A stretch of 64,000 nucleotides of DNA from Acidimicrobiales bacterium (GTDB lineage: Bacteria; Actinomycetota; Acidimicrobiia; Acidimicrobiales; SZUA-35). The notes under the pieces are model-generated. The model saw only the letters and a program-made list of their open reading frames with translations, had not been told where the DNA came from and searched no databases. Shown here piece by piece: positions 27,032-34,997 of the stretch. Position 1 is the stretch's first letter, and each line of letters starts with the position of its first letter. Location of the stretch: positions 53 to 64,052 of the forward strand of contig JAWSVN010000003.1 in assembly GCA_033851875.1 (NCBI GenBank), in the 5' to 3' direction. The translations under genes were made by a program, and so were the position numbers.

Positions 27032-27523
27032 TCACATTCGGCGATCGAACCCCGGGTCTTCGGTGACGTTCTGGCCACGCGGCGTGGCGATTGCCGAGTC
27101 GTCGGTCGGTGGCTCGGCCGTCGGTTCCAGTTCGCGTCGGGCCCAGAGCGCGGCGGTCAGTCGGGCCTCACGCTCGGCCTCGATCTCGAGATAGGCCAGC
27201 CGACTCCGGCGGTGGCGGCGGAGGTTGCGGGCGTAGTCGGCGAGGTACCAACGGAGGAAGCCGACGACGCCACGCTCGCCCCACTGCCGCACGTGGACGA
27301 GCTCGTGGGCGATCAGCTTGCTCGTGCCGTCGGCGGGCTCGGCGTGGGTGAGACAGACGGTGGTTCCGAGGGTGATGCCGGCGAAGCCGCCCGGCACGAA
27401 CGGGATCCTGATGATCCGGACCTGGTCGAGCCGATCGGCCGGGCAGAGCGAGACGTAGGCAGCCCGCTCGACGTCGCGGAGTCGGCGGCCCGGCCGACGC
27501 CGGTCGATCACCCGCAATGTCAT
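27032..27523 (-). CDS. Small HExxH metallopeptidase-like protein (DUF4157-like)
   Basis: GITLGTTVCL...LIAHELVHVRQW resembles the DUF4157 zinc-binding core. Confidence 0.55.
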   Translation of the reverse strand: MTLRVIDRRRPGRRLRDVERAAYVSLCPADRLDQVRIIRIPFVPGGFAGITLGTTVCLTHAEPADGTSKLIAHELVHVRQWGERGVVGFLRWYLADYARNLRRHRRSRLAYLEIEAEREARLTAALWARRELEPTAEPPTDDSAIATPRGQNVTEDPGFDRRM

Positions 27524-27546
27524 GGGGGAACCCTACTCTTCGGTCG

Positions 27547-29046
27547 ATGCCCACCCCCACGAAGCAGCGCCGAGCCGCGCCACTCGTCGTCGCCCTGGCG
27601 CTGGTCGGCGCCGCGGCGGCTGCCGCTCGCCGATTCCTCGCCGACGGCGACGGCGCGGCCCGGCTCTCCGGCGGCGAGACGTTGGCGGCGCGGAACCTCC
27701 GTCTCGCCCGCCTCGGCGCCCGATCGGGGCGTCGCTACGCCGCCCACCGGGCCCGCCGCACGTTCGTCTCCGCCGAACGCAAGGAGGCGCTCGACACCGA
27801 GTTCCAGCTCCGCACCGCCGAGGACGTCACCGCCGAGCTCGGGCAGATGAAGGGGGCGATGATGAAGATCGGGCAGATGGCCAGCTATCTCGACACCGGC
27901 CTCCCGTCGCATGTGCGCGACACTCTGGCGTCGTTGCAGCACGAGGCCCCGCCGATGTCGGCCGAGCTTGCCGCCGAGCAGATCGAGCGCGAGCTCGGCG
28001 AGCCGCCCGACCGTCTCTTCCTCGAATGGGACCCGGTGCCGATCGCCTCGGCGTCGATCGGTCAGGTGCATCGGGCGATCACCCGCGACGACCGAGCCGT
28101 GGCGGTGAAGGTGCAGTATCCGGGGGTGGCCAAGGCGGTGGCCTCCGACCTGGGCAACGCCGGCTGGCTGTTCGGCGGCCTGGGGGCGCTGTTCCCCGGC
28201 CTCGACTCGGGTCCGGTGGTCGACGAGATCAAGGCCCGTCTGCTCGAGGAGCTCGACTACGAACTCGAGGCTCGCAACCAGCGGTACTACGCCGAGTTCT
28301 TCGACCGCCATCCGTTCTTCCGGGTGCCCCGAGTGCTCGATCACCTCTCGACGGCACGGGTGCTCACCAGCGAGCTGGCCGCCGGTCACCGCTACGCCGA
28401 GGTGCAGACCTGGTCGCAGGAGGAGCGGAACCTGATCGCCGAGTCGGTCTTCCGGTTCTCGTTCGGGTCGATCTACCGGCTCCACGCCTTCAACGGCGAT
28501 CCCCACCCGGGCAACTACCTCTTCGAACCCGGCGGCAAGGTCACCTTCCTCGACTTCGGTCTGGTCAAGCGGTTCACGCCGTCCGAGACCGTGCTGTTCG
28601 AGGATCTGATCCGGGCGATGGTGATCGATCGCGACCTCGGCCGTTTCCGCTCGATCATCGAGGCGGCCGGGCTCCTCGCCCCGGGCGCGCCGTTCAGCGA
28701 CGACGAGGTCGGCGCCTATTTCGAGTATTTCTACGCCTACGTGCTGGAGAAGGGCGAGCTGACGATCGACCGTGAGTACGCCGCGGCCGGGATCTCCCAG
28801 CTCTTCGATTCCTCCGGGGCCGACAGCGAGCTGAAGAAGCAGCTCAACGTGCCGCCCGCCTTCGTCGTGGTGCAGCGCATCACGCTGGGTCTGATGGGGT
28901 TGTTCGCCGGGCTCGACGCCACCGCCGACTGGCGGGCGATCGCCGAGGAGCTGTGGCCGTTCGTGGCCGCGCCGCCGTCGACCCCGATGGGGGAGGAGAT
29001 CGAGGAGTGGCGTCAGTCTCGGAACCAACGTCGGTTCGGGCTGTGA
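27547..29046 (+). CDS. ABC1/UbiB (AarF) atypical kinase family protein
   Basis: GAMMKIGQMASY, IASASIGQVHRA, VAVKVQYPGV and DPHPGNY. The ATG at 27547 is preferred over 27517, which would overlap the divergent gene head-to-head. Confidence 0.85.
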   Translation: MPTPTKQRRAAPLVVALALVGAAAAAARRFLADGDGAARLSGGETLAARNLRLARLGARSGRRYAAHRARRTFVSAERKEALDTEFQLRTAEDVTAELGQMKGAMMKIGQMASYLDTGLPSHVRDTLASLQHEAPPMSAELAAEQIERELGEPPDRLFLEWDPVPIASASIGQVHRAITRDDRAVAVKVQYPGVAKAVASDLGNAGWLFGGLGALFPGLDSGPVVDEIKARLLEELDYELEARNQRYYAEFFDRHPFFRVPRVLDHLSTARVLTSELAAGHRYAEVQTWSQEERNLIAESVFRFSFGSIYRLHAFNGDPHPGNYLFEPGGKVTFLDFGLVKRFTPSETVLFEDLIRAMVIDRDLGRFRSIIEAAGLLAPGAPFSDDEVGAYFEYFYAYVLEKGELTIDREYAAAGISQLFDSSGADSELKKQLNVPPAFVVVQRITLGLMGLFAGLDATADWRAIAEELWPFVAAPPSTPMGEEIEEWRQSRNQRRFGL

Positions 29047-29068
29047 ATCGGGCTGTGAATCGGGCTGT
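29037..29068 (+). repeat. 12-bp tandem repeat (cgggctgtgaat, 2.7 copies) spanning the ABC1 kinase stop codon
   Basis: Read directly: cgggctgtgaat cgggctgtgaat cgggctgt. The TGA at 29044-29046 lies within the first unit. Confidence 0.9.
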
Positions 29069-29110
29069 CGCCCCGGCTCGGGCGGTCGCCGTGAGTCAGG
29101 TCAGAGCCGG

Positions 29111-30613
29111 ATGAACCGCGCGCTGCTGCGCTGGACTGCGGCGGCCGTCGTCGCGGCTGGTGCGGCGGTCGCCGGTTGGTTGGCCCTCCGGCCTGCCGAG
29201 CCTCCCGAGTTCGCCCAGCTCGCGCCGCTGGCCGGCGTCGGTCCAGCGGTGAGCTCCGCCTCGCAGACCCTCGACGTGGAGCCCGTGATGATCGACGACC
29301 TCACGGCCGACGCCGAGGTAGCCCTCGGCGGCTATGCCCTCGCCCTCGGCGCGGTCGACGACGGAGGTGGTTGGACGATCGACGTCGGTGCCGCCGGGCT
29401 CGATGAGTCGGCGACCGACGCCGTCGCCGATCGGATCGCTCACGGGCTGCTGGCGAGAGGCCTGCCGTTCGAACGCAGCGGACTCCGATGGGACGTGCTC
29501 GAAGGTGCTGGGGGGCTACCCGAGGTCCGACCCGACGACGATCCGGCCGTCGTCGTGGCCGCCATCGTCGAGACCGCCGGCAGTGTCGATGGCGGCCTGG
29601 TCGACGGCGGCCTGGTCGACCGCGGGCGTAGCGACGCCGACAACCTGGCCGAGATCTCCGGCCTCGCTCGCTCTCTCGGCCTCGATCCCGTCGTCGACGG
29701 CCAACGGCTCGTTCTCACCCGTCGGGCCGACCGCATGCTCGTCGCGGGGCTGGCCTACGTCTGCGACCAGCGGGTGCCGCTGAGGCCCGGACGGTCCTGC
29801 GAGGGCGCCGACGCTCCCCTCGTCGAGGTGTCGGTCACCGACCTGTCGTCGTGGACGGTCGGGATCACGGGGTCGCTGATCCCCGGGGCGCCCGAGGATC
29901 CCCCGTCCTCCGAGGGCGGGATCGGGTGGACCAACCGGGAGGCGCAGCGCTACGTCGCCGACGCCGTCACGGTCGGCCCGGCCGGCATCACGTTGTCGGC
30001 TCGCCCGCACCCGACGCCGTCGATCGACGAACTGCCCTACACCTCGGGGCTGATCGTGATGGACGAATCCGTCGGCCTCGGCGTCGTCGAGGTCGACGTG
30101 ATCGTGCCGGCCGGTGACGGACTGTGGCCGGCGGTATGGCTGCTCGACGCCGAAGCGTGTGTGATGCCGGGACGGTGCCCCAGCTACGCCACCAGCGCCT
30201 ATCACGAGATCGACATCCTCGAGACCGACGGGTCGCAGCCGGATGCCGCCGTCACCTCGCTGCACTGGTGGGACACCCAGCTCCGGTCGGCCAGCCACGC
30301 CACCTCGATCGCCGGGCTGTCGGAAGCCCCCCACACCCTCCGGCTCGAGCGGCGCCCCGGATTGCTGCGTTGGCTCGTCGACGGCGAGGAGGTCTTCGTC
30401 ATCGCCGGCCCGGTCGACGCCCTCGCTGGCCCGCATCGCACGGCGCCGATGCAGCTGATCGTCAACCTCGCCGTCGGCGGCGTCTTCGCCGGCGACCGGC
30501 AGATCGGCCGCTTCGGGCAGTGGTGGGGCGACGCTCGAGTGCCCTCGTCGTTCCCCGACGTCGGTTGGGACGAGGCGACGCTGCAGCTCCAGGCGGTCCG
30601 GGTCAGTCCTTGA
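29111..30613 (+). CDS. Membrane-anchored GH16-like (concanavalin-fold) glycoside hydrolase
   Basis: N-terminal TM helix. The C-terminal domain has GLWPAVWLL...HEIDILE...NLAVGG, typical of GH16 and laminarinase-like enzymes. Confidence 0.7.
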   Translation: MNRALLRWTAAAVVAAGAAVAGWLALRPAEPPEFAQLAPLAGVGPAVSSASQTLDVEPVMIDDLTADAEVALGGYALALGAVDDGGGWTIDVGAAGLDESATDAVADRIAHGLLARGLPFERSGLRWDVLEGAGGLPEVRPDDDPAVVVAAIVETAGSVDGGLVDGGLVDRGRSDADNLAEISGLARSLGLDPVVDGQRLVLTRRADRMLVAGLAYVCDQRVPLRPGRSCEGADAPLVEVSVTDLSSWTVGITGSLIPGAPEDPPSSEGGIGWTNREAQRYVADAVTVGPAGITLSARPHPTPSIDELPYTSGLIVMDESVGLGVVEVDVIVPAGDGLWPAVWLLDAEACVMPGRCPSYATSAYHEIDILETDGSQPDAAVTSLHWWDTQLRSASHATSIAGLSEAPHTLRLERRPGLLRWLVDGEEVFVIAGPVDALAGPHRTAPMQLIVNLAVGGVFAGDRQIGRFGQWWGDARVPSSFPDVGWDEATLQLQAVRVSP

Positions 30614-31643
30614 CCGACGGGCGCCCGGTCGGCCGCTGCGGCGGTGCGCAGTGTCCATCGGGGCACTGATCGGGCCACGGGCCGGCGTCGCCCAGCCACA
30701 GGCGGGGGCCCTCGTCGAGCCGTTCGGCCACCAGGTCACGCACCATCGCTACGAAGCGGGGGTCGGTGCCGACCGTCGCCGCCCGACGATAGTCGAGGCC
30801 CAAGCGTCGAGCCGTCCCGGCCGCTTGGGTGTCGAGGTCGAACTCGACCTCCATGTGGTCGCTCACGAACCCGAGTGGGCACACGGTGGCCGCGTCGGTA
30901 CCTGCCGCGGCCAACGCCTCGAGGTGGTCGTTGACGTCGGGCTCGAGCCACGGGATCTGCGGCGGCCCGCTACGGCTCTGCCACACCAGATCCCAGCCGG
31001 TGATCTCGTCGAGCTCGTCGGCGTCGTCGCGCTGGCCGATGAGGTCGATCACGAGCTCGGCGGCGGCCCGGAGTTGGGCCTCGTAGTCGCAGGCAGCCGC
31101 CATCGACAGGGGGATCGAATGGGCAGTGAACACCACGCGGCGGGCCGTCCCCGTGCGCAGCTGCTCGGCGACCCGATCGGCGACGGGCTCGAGGAAGCCG
31201 GGGTGATTCCAGTAGAGGCGGAGCTTCTCGAGGGTCGGCGCGTCGTCGACGGCTGCCTCGGCGCGGGCAAGGTCCTCCCGGTACTGCCGACATCCCGAGT
31301 AGGAACCGAAGGCCGAGGTGACGAACACGAGGGCCCGCTCCACGCCGTCGGCGGCCATCTCGGCAACGGTGTCACCGATGAAGGGCGCCCAGTTGCGGTT
31401 GCCCCAGTAGACGGGCAGGTCGAGGTCGTGGTCTGCGAAGTCGGCTCGGATGGCGGCGAGCAGCGCCCGGTTCTGGTCGTTGATCGGTGAGACGCCGCCG
31501 AAGAGTTCGTACTGTTCGGCCACCTCGGCGAGCCGCTCGTCGGGGACGTTGCGGCCCGCAGTGACGTTGCGGAGGAAGGGCAGTACGTCGGCGGGACCCT
31601 CGGGGCCACCGAACGAGAGGAGGAGGACGGCGTCGTAGCGCAC
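30603..31643 (-). CDS. hemH: Ferrochelatase (actinobacterial type, coproporphyrin ferrochelatase-like)
   Basis: YDAVLLLSFGGPEGP, SPINDQN, FTAHSIPL and GFVSDHMEV, with a Cys-rich C-terminus. GTG at 31643. The upstream part of ORF 30603..31991 is shadow. Confidence 0.9.
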   Translation of the reverse strand: MRYDAVLLLSFGGPEGPADVLPFLRNVTAGRNVPDERLAEVAEQYELFGGVSPINDQNRALLAAIRADFADHDLDLPVYWGNRNWAPFIGDTVAEMAADGVERALVFVTSAFGSYSGCRQYREDLARAEAAVDDAPTLEKLRLYWNHPGFLEPVADRVAEQLRTGTARRVVFTAHSIPLSMAAACDYEAQLRAAAELVIDLIGQRDDADELDEITGWDLVWQSRSGPPQIPWLEPDVNDHLEALAAAGTDAATVCPLGFVSDHMEVEFDLDTQAAGTARRLGLDYRRAATVGTDPRFVAMVRDLVAERLDEGPRLWLGDAGPWPDQCPDGHCAPPQRPTGRPSVKD

Positions 31644-31696
31644 GGTCAGAGTGTGCCGGGAGCGGCGGGCGCCGCGGTGCGGCGGTCCCGGCTCGA

Positions 31697-32032
31697 TCAG
31701 TAGGCGGTCTGGTCGAACTTCTGCTTCGCCCTGTCGCGGGCCTGGAGCACCGAACGGCGGCTGGGGGAGCGTGGGGCGTAGCCGGCGAGCGCTCGCTCCT
31801 CGTCGTTCTCGCCGCCCCAGATGCCGTGCTCGAGGTTGAGCCGGCCAGCGTTGCGGCACGGGATCATCACCGGGCAGACCTCGCAGTAGGTGCGAGCCAG
31901 GGCTTCGCGCTCGACCCGTCGCTCGGGCCGCTCGGCCGCCGGACCGAAGAACACCTCGGTCAGACCCTTGCAGAGTGCGTGGTCGGCCCACCCGGATTCG
32001 GTGTCGGGGTGAAGCTCGAAGTCGGTGTCCAT
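31697..32032 (-). CDS. WhiB-family transcriptional regulator ([4Fe-4S] Wbl protein)
   Basis: Four Cys (C-x-n-CEVCPVMIPC) and the GIWGG turn. I saw no AT-hook. Confidence 0.9.
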   Translation of the reverse strand: MDTDFELHPDTESGWADHALCKGLTEVFFGPAAERPERRVEREALARTYCEVCPVMIPCRNAGRLNLEHGIWGGENDEERALAGYAPRSPSRRSVLQARDRAKQKFDQTAY

Positions 32033-32229
32033 GGCGGGCTCTCTTCAGCGGATGGAGGAATTAGCACTAAATGTAAGTCGTTCGACCCGATGTGGCAAGG
32101 GGTTTTTGAGTCATTGCTCAAATCTGCTGCTCAAGCCCTCCGGGTTCGGAGCCGGGACGCGATCGGATTGGTCCTGACGTGCCCCGGATCGCGGGCGCGA
32201 CAAACAGGGGGGGTAGACAGAGCGCGATC

Positions 32230-33054
32230 TCAGCCGCGAGCGGCGTTCAGTGCCTCGACCAGGCCGGGCGCCCACTCGGTGGCGCCCAGCGATCGGGCGT
32301 CGGCCTCGTCGCCGACGGCGCCTCCGCCGACCAGGACGGACGCCCCGGGCGCTGCCGCTCTCACGGCTTGGGCGGCGGCCCGCGCCCCGTCGCGACCCCG
32401 ATCGCAGGTGACGACGATGGCGACGACGATCCCCGAGATGTCGGTCGACCCTCCGGCCTCGTCGGCCACCTCGCAAGCGGCCTCGGCGAAGGCCTCGGGG
32501 GTGACGTCGGCGCCGAGCTCGGTGACGGCGAAGCGTTCACGACGGGCGAGGGCGGCGCCGAGCACGACCGGGAGCGAATGGTCGTCGTCGGTCGGGGCGC
32601 CGATCACAAGATGACCGTGTCGCCGGCCGCGCCGGTCGCCGAGGTCGCCCAGTCGCCCGACGAGACGGGTCGCCGTCGCGGTCGCTCGGTGCTCGTCGTC
32701 GACGCCGACCTCGTCCCGCTCCCAACGGCTTCCGATCTCTCGCATCGCCGGCACGACCGCCTCGGCGATCACGGTGTCGGGGCGACGGTCGGAGCTGAGG
32801 GCGAGGGCCGTGTCCCACGACGTCGCGTCGTCGCCGGCGATCAGGGCGGTGACGAGTCGCCCGACGCTCGCAGGAGCGCTCGCTCCCACCGGTCGGTCCG
32901 GCTCGGCAAAGCTGCGCAGGTCGGCGTCGGTCACGGCCCAGCGACCCTTCACCTTGCGGGCGGGCAGGCGCCCTTCGCGCACGTAGCGGTGCACCGTCAT
33001 GTAGTGCACTCCGAGCCGTTCGGCGGCGTCATGCAAGCTCAGATCGGTGGCCAC
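32230..33054 (-). CDS. CarH/LitR-like regulator: MerR/excisionase-type HTH plus cobalamin-binding domain
   Basis: N-terminal HTH (LHDAAERLGVHYMTVHRYVREGRLPARK). An exact Wx9EH motif (W-ERDEVGVDD-EH) is followed by DDDHSLPVVLG...ELGADV in a Rossmann-like B12-binding region. GTG start. Confidence 0.7.
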   Translation of the reverse strand: MATDLSLHDAAERLGVHYMTVHRYVREGRLPARKVKGRWAVTDADLRSFAEPDRPVGASAPASVGRLVTALIAGDDATSWDTALALSSDRRPDTVIAEAVVPAMREIGSRWERDEVGVDDEHRATATATRLVGRLGDLGDRRGRRHGHLVIGAPTDDDHSLPVVLGAALARRERFAVTELGADVTPEAFAEAACEVADEAGGSTDISGIVVAIVVTCDRGRDGARAAAQAVRAAAPGASVLVGGGAVGDEADARSLGATEWAPGLVEALNAARG

Positions 33055-33110
33055 GCCCCGACGGTAGTCCCAACCCCACTAGCGTTGTCGGCTTGGACGC
33101 CTGGCGAGTG

Positions 33111-33932
33111 ATGACGTGGAACCTCTGGTGGCGCTTCGGCCCCTGGGAGGACCGCCAGCCGGTCATCCTCGACACACTGCGCCGGGTCGACGCCGACGTG
33201 ATCGGGCTGCAGGAGGTCTACTGCGTGACCGACGACGACGGGCCGCTCGGCGGCGACCAGGCGGCTCGTCTCGCCGACGACCTCGGGTACCACGCCGCCC
33301 GGTCGCTCGACACCGACGGTGAACCGCAGGCCTTCGGCAACGCCGTGCTCAGTCGCTGGCCGATCTCGCGCCAGCGCACCATCTCGTTGCCGGGCAGCGA
33401 GGGCGCGCCGGCGGTGCGCTCGGCGGTCGTGGTCGAACTGGCGGCGCCGCACGGTCCACAACTCGTGGCCGTCACCCACCTCGACTGGCAGTACGGGGCG
33501 ACTTCGGTGCGTCGCCGCCAGCTCGAGGCGGTCTGTCGAGAGGTCGCCGCCGACATGAGGCGGTTGGGCGAGGGCGCGCCCGGGCCGCTCCTGATGGGCG
33601 ACCTCAACGCCGTGCCCGACAGCGTCGAGGTGCGCCGGCTGACCGGCCTCGACGAGCCCTACGTCGACGACCTGGTGTGGATCGACACGTGGCCGTCGGT
33701 CGAGGACCGCCCCGGCCACACGTGGGAGCGAGGCAATCCGCACGCCGCCGACGCCGGTTGGCCGCGTCGGCGTCTCGATTACGTGTTCATCGGTTGGCCA
33801 CACCCGAAGCCCCTCGGCAACCCGATCGCGGCGCGGCTCGAGGGCGGGGTCGGCGAGCCGTCGGCGAGCGAGGTCGGGTCCGACCACTGGGCCGTCGTGG
33901 TCGATTTGGATGGGCGCCGTTTCGAGGCCTGA
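33111..33932 (+). CDS. Endonuclease/exonuclease/phosphatase (EEP) family protein
   Basis: VMTWNLWW, VIGLQEV, GDLNA and SDHWAVVVDL motifs. Alternative starts are TTG 33093 and GTG 33108. Confidence 0.8.
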   Translation: MTWNLWWRFGPWEDRQPVILDTLRRVDADVIGLQEVYCVTDDDGPLGGDQAARLADDLGYHAARSLDTDGEPQAFGNAVLSRWPISRQRTISLPGSEGAPAVRSAVVVELAAPHGPQLVAVTHLDWQYGATSVRRRQLEAVCREVAADMRRLGEGAPGPLLMGDLNAVPDSVEVRRLTGLDEPYVDDLVWIDTWPSVEDRPGHTWERGNPHAADAGWPRRRLDYVFIGWPHPKPLGNPIAARLEGGVGEPSASEVGSDHWAVVVDLDGRRFEA

Positions 33933-33947
33933 GCGGGCCATGATGGA

Positions 33948-34985
33948 GTGATGGCCGACCTTCCGCCCCCGGGCTGGTATCCCGATCCGATCACCCGTGC
34001 CGGCTCCCGTTGGTGGGACGGGTCGGCGTGGACCGACGACTGGCAGGCCGGGGAATCGCCGGGCGGCTTCGGTCAGGTGCAGGGCTCCGAGGGCGAAGGC
34101 CTCGGTGACGTCGGTTCGTGGATGTCGGAGTTCTTCGGCTGGTTCGGCGCTCGCCTCGGCCACCTCTTCACCTTGATGGTCGTCCTCGTGCTGCCGGTGT
34201 CGATGCTCGCAGCCGGGCTCCTGTGGTGGGCGATCTCGCCGATCACGTTCGTCGCCGTGGCCGGTGAGGAGGAGGTGCGCGGCTTCGAGCCGGCGCGCGT
34301 CGCGATCGCCGGCGTCGCCTTCCTGGTGCAGTTCCTGCTCACCTTCCTCTTCAGCGCCTCCGTGGCCCGCCAGTCCGCCCTGGCCGCCGCCGAACAGCCG
34401 GAACCCTGGGACGCCACCCTCCGCTACGTCGTGCGACGGATCCCCAGGCTGGCCGGCGGCAACCTCGCCGTCAGCTTCCTGATCGGCGCCGTCGTCCTCG
34501 TACCCGCCCTGCTCGGCCTCGCCATCGGTCTGGCGACCGGGGGCGGGGACGGGATCGCCGTCGGCTTCGGCATCTTCGCGCTCGGGGCGCTGATCACGCT
34601 GCCGATCATCGTGTGGCTGGCGGTCAAGCTGTCGCTCGCCACGACCGCCGCCGCCGTCGGGCCGAAGGGGTCGCCGATGGTGCGGGCCTCGTGGAACCTC
34701 ACCAAGGGATCCTGGGCCGGCCTGTTCGGCCGATTGGTGCTGCTCGTGCTGCTCGGGTTCGCCTCCAACTTCGCGCTGTCGGCGCTCTCGTTCCCCTTCA
34801 CCAGCCAGCAGCAGTTCGATCCCGAAGCCGACGTGCTGGTGTTCGGCGACCTCTTCGGCGGCCCGATCGCCTTCATCGGGATGCAGTTCGTCTCGTCGAT
34901 CGTGTCGTCGCTCGCCACGGCGATCTACGGCGCGGGACTCTTCGGGCTCTATCGCCGCCTCGGCGGCGAGATCGACCTCTCGTGA
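33948..34985 (+). CDS. DUF2510 N-terminal domain membrane protein
   Basis: GWYPDPITRAGSRWWDGSAWTD (DUF2510) is followed by about 6 TM helices. GTG 33948 or ATG 33951. Confidence 0.65.
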   Translation: MMADLPPPGWYPDPITRAGSRWWDGSAWTDDWQAGESPGGFGQVQGSEGEGLGDVGSWMSEFFGWFGARLGHLFTLMVVLVLPVSMLAAGLLWWAISPITFVAVAGEEEVRGFEPARVAIAGVAFLVQFLLTFLFSASVARQSALAAAEQPEPWDATLRYVVRRIPRLAGGNLAVSFLIGAVVLVPALLGLAIGLATGGGDGIAVGFGIFALGALITLPIIVWLAVKLSLATTAAAVGPKGSPMVRASWNLTKGSWAGLFGRLVLLVLLGFASNFALSALSFPFTSQQQFDPEADVLVFGDLFGGPIAFIGMQFVSSIVSSLATAIYGAGLFGLYRRLGGEIDLS

Positions 34986-34997
34986 CATGACCCGGAC

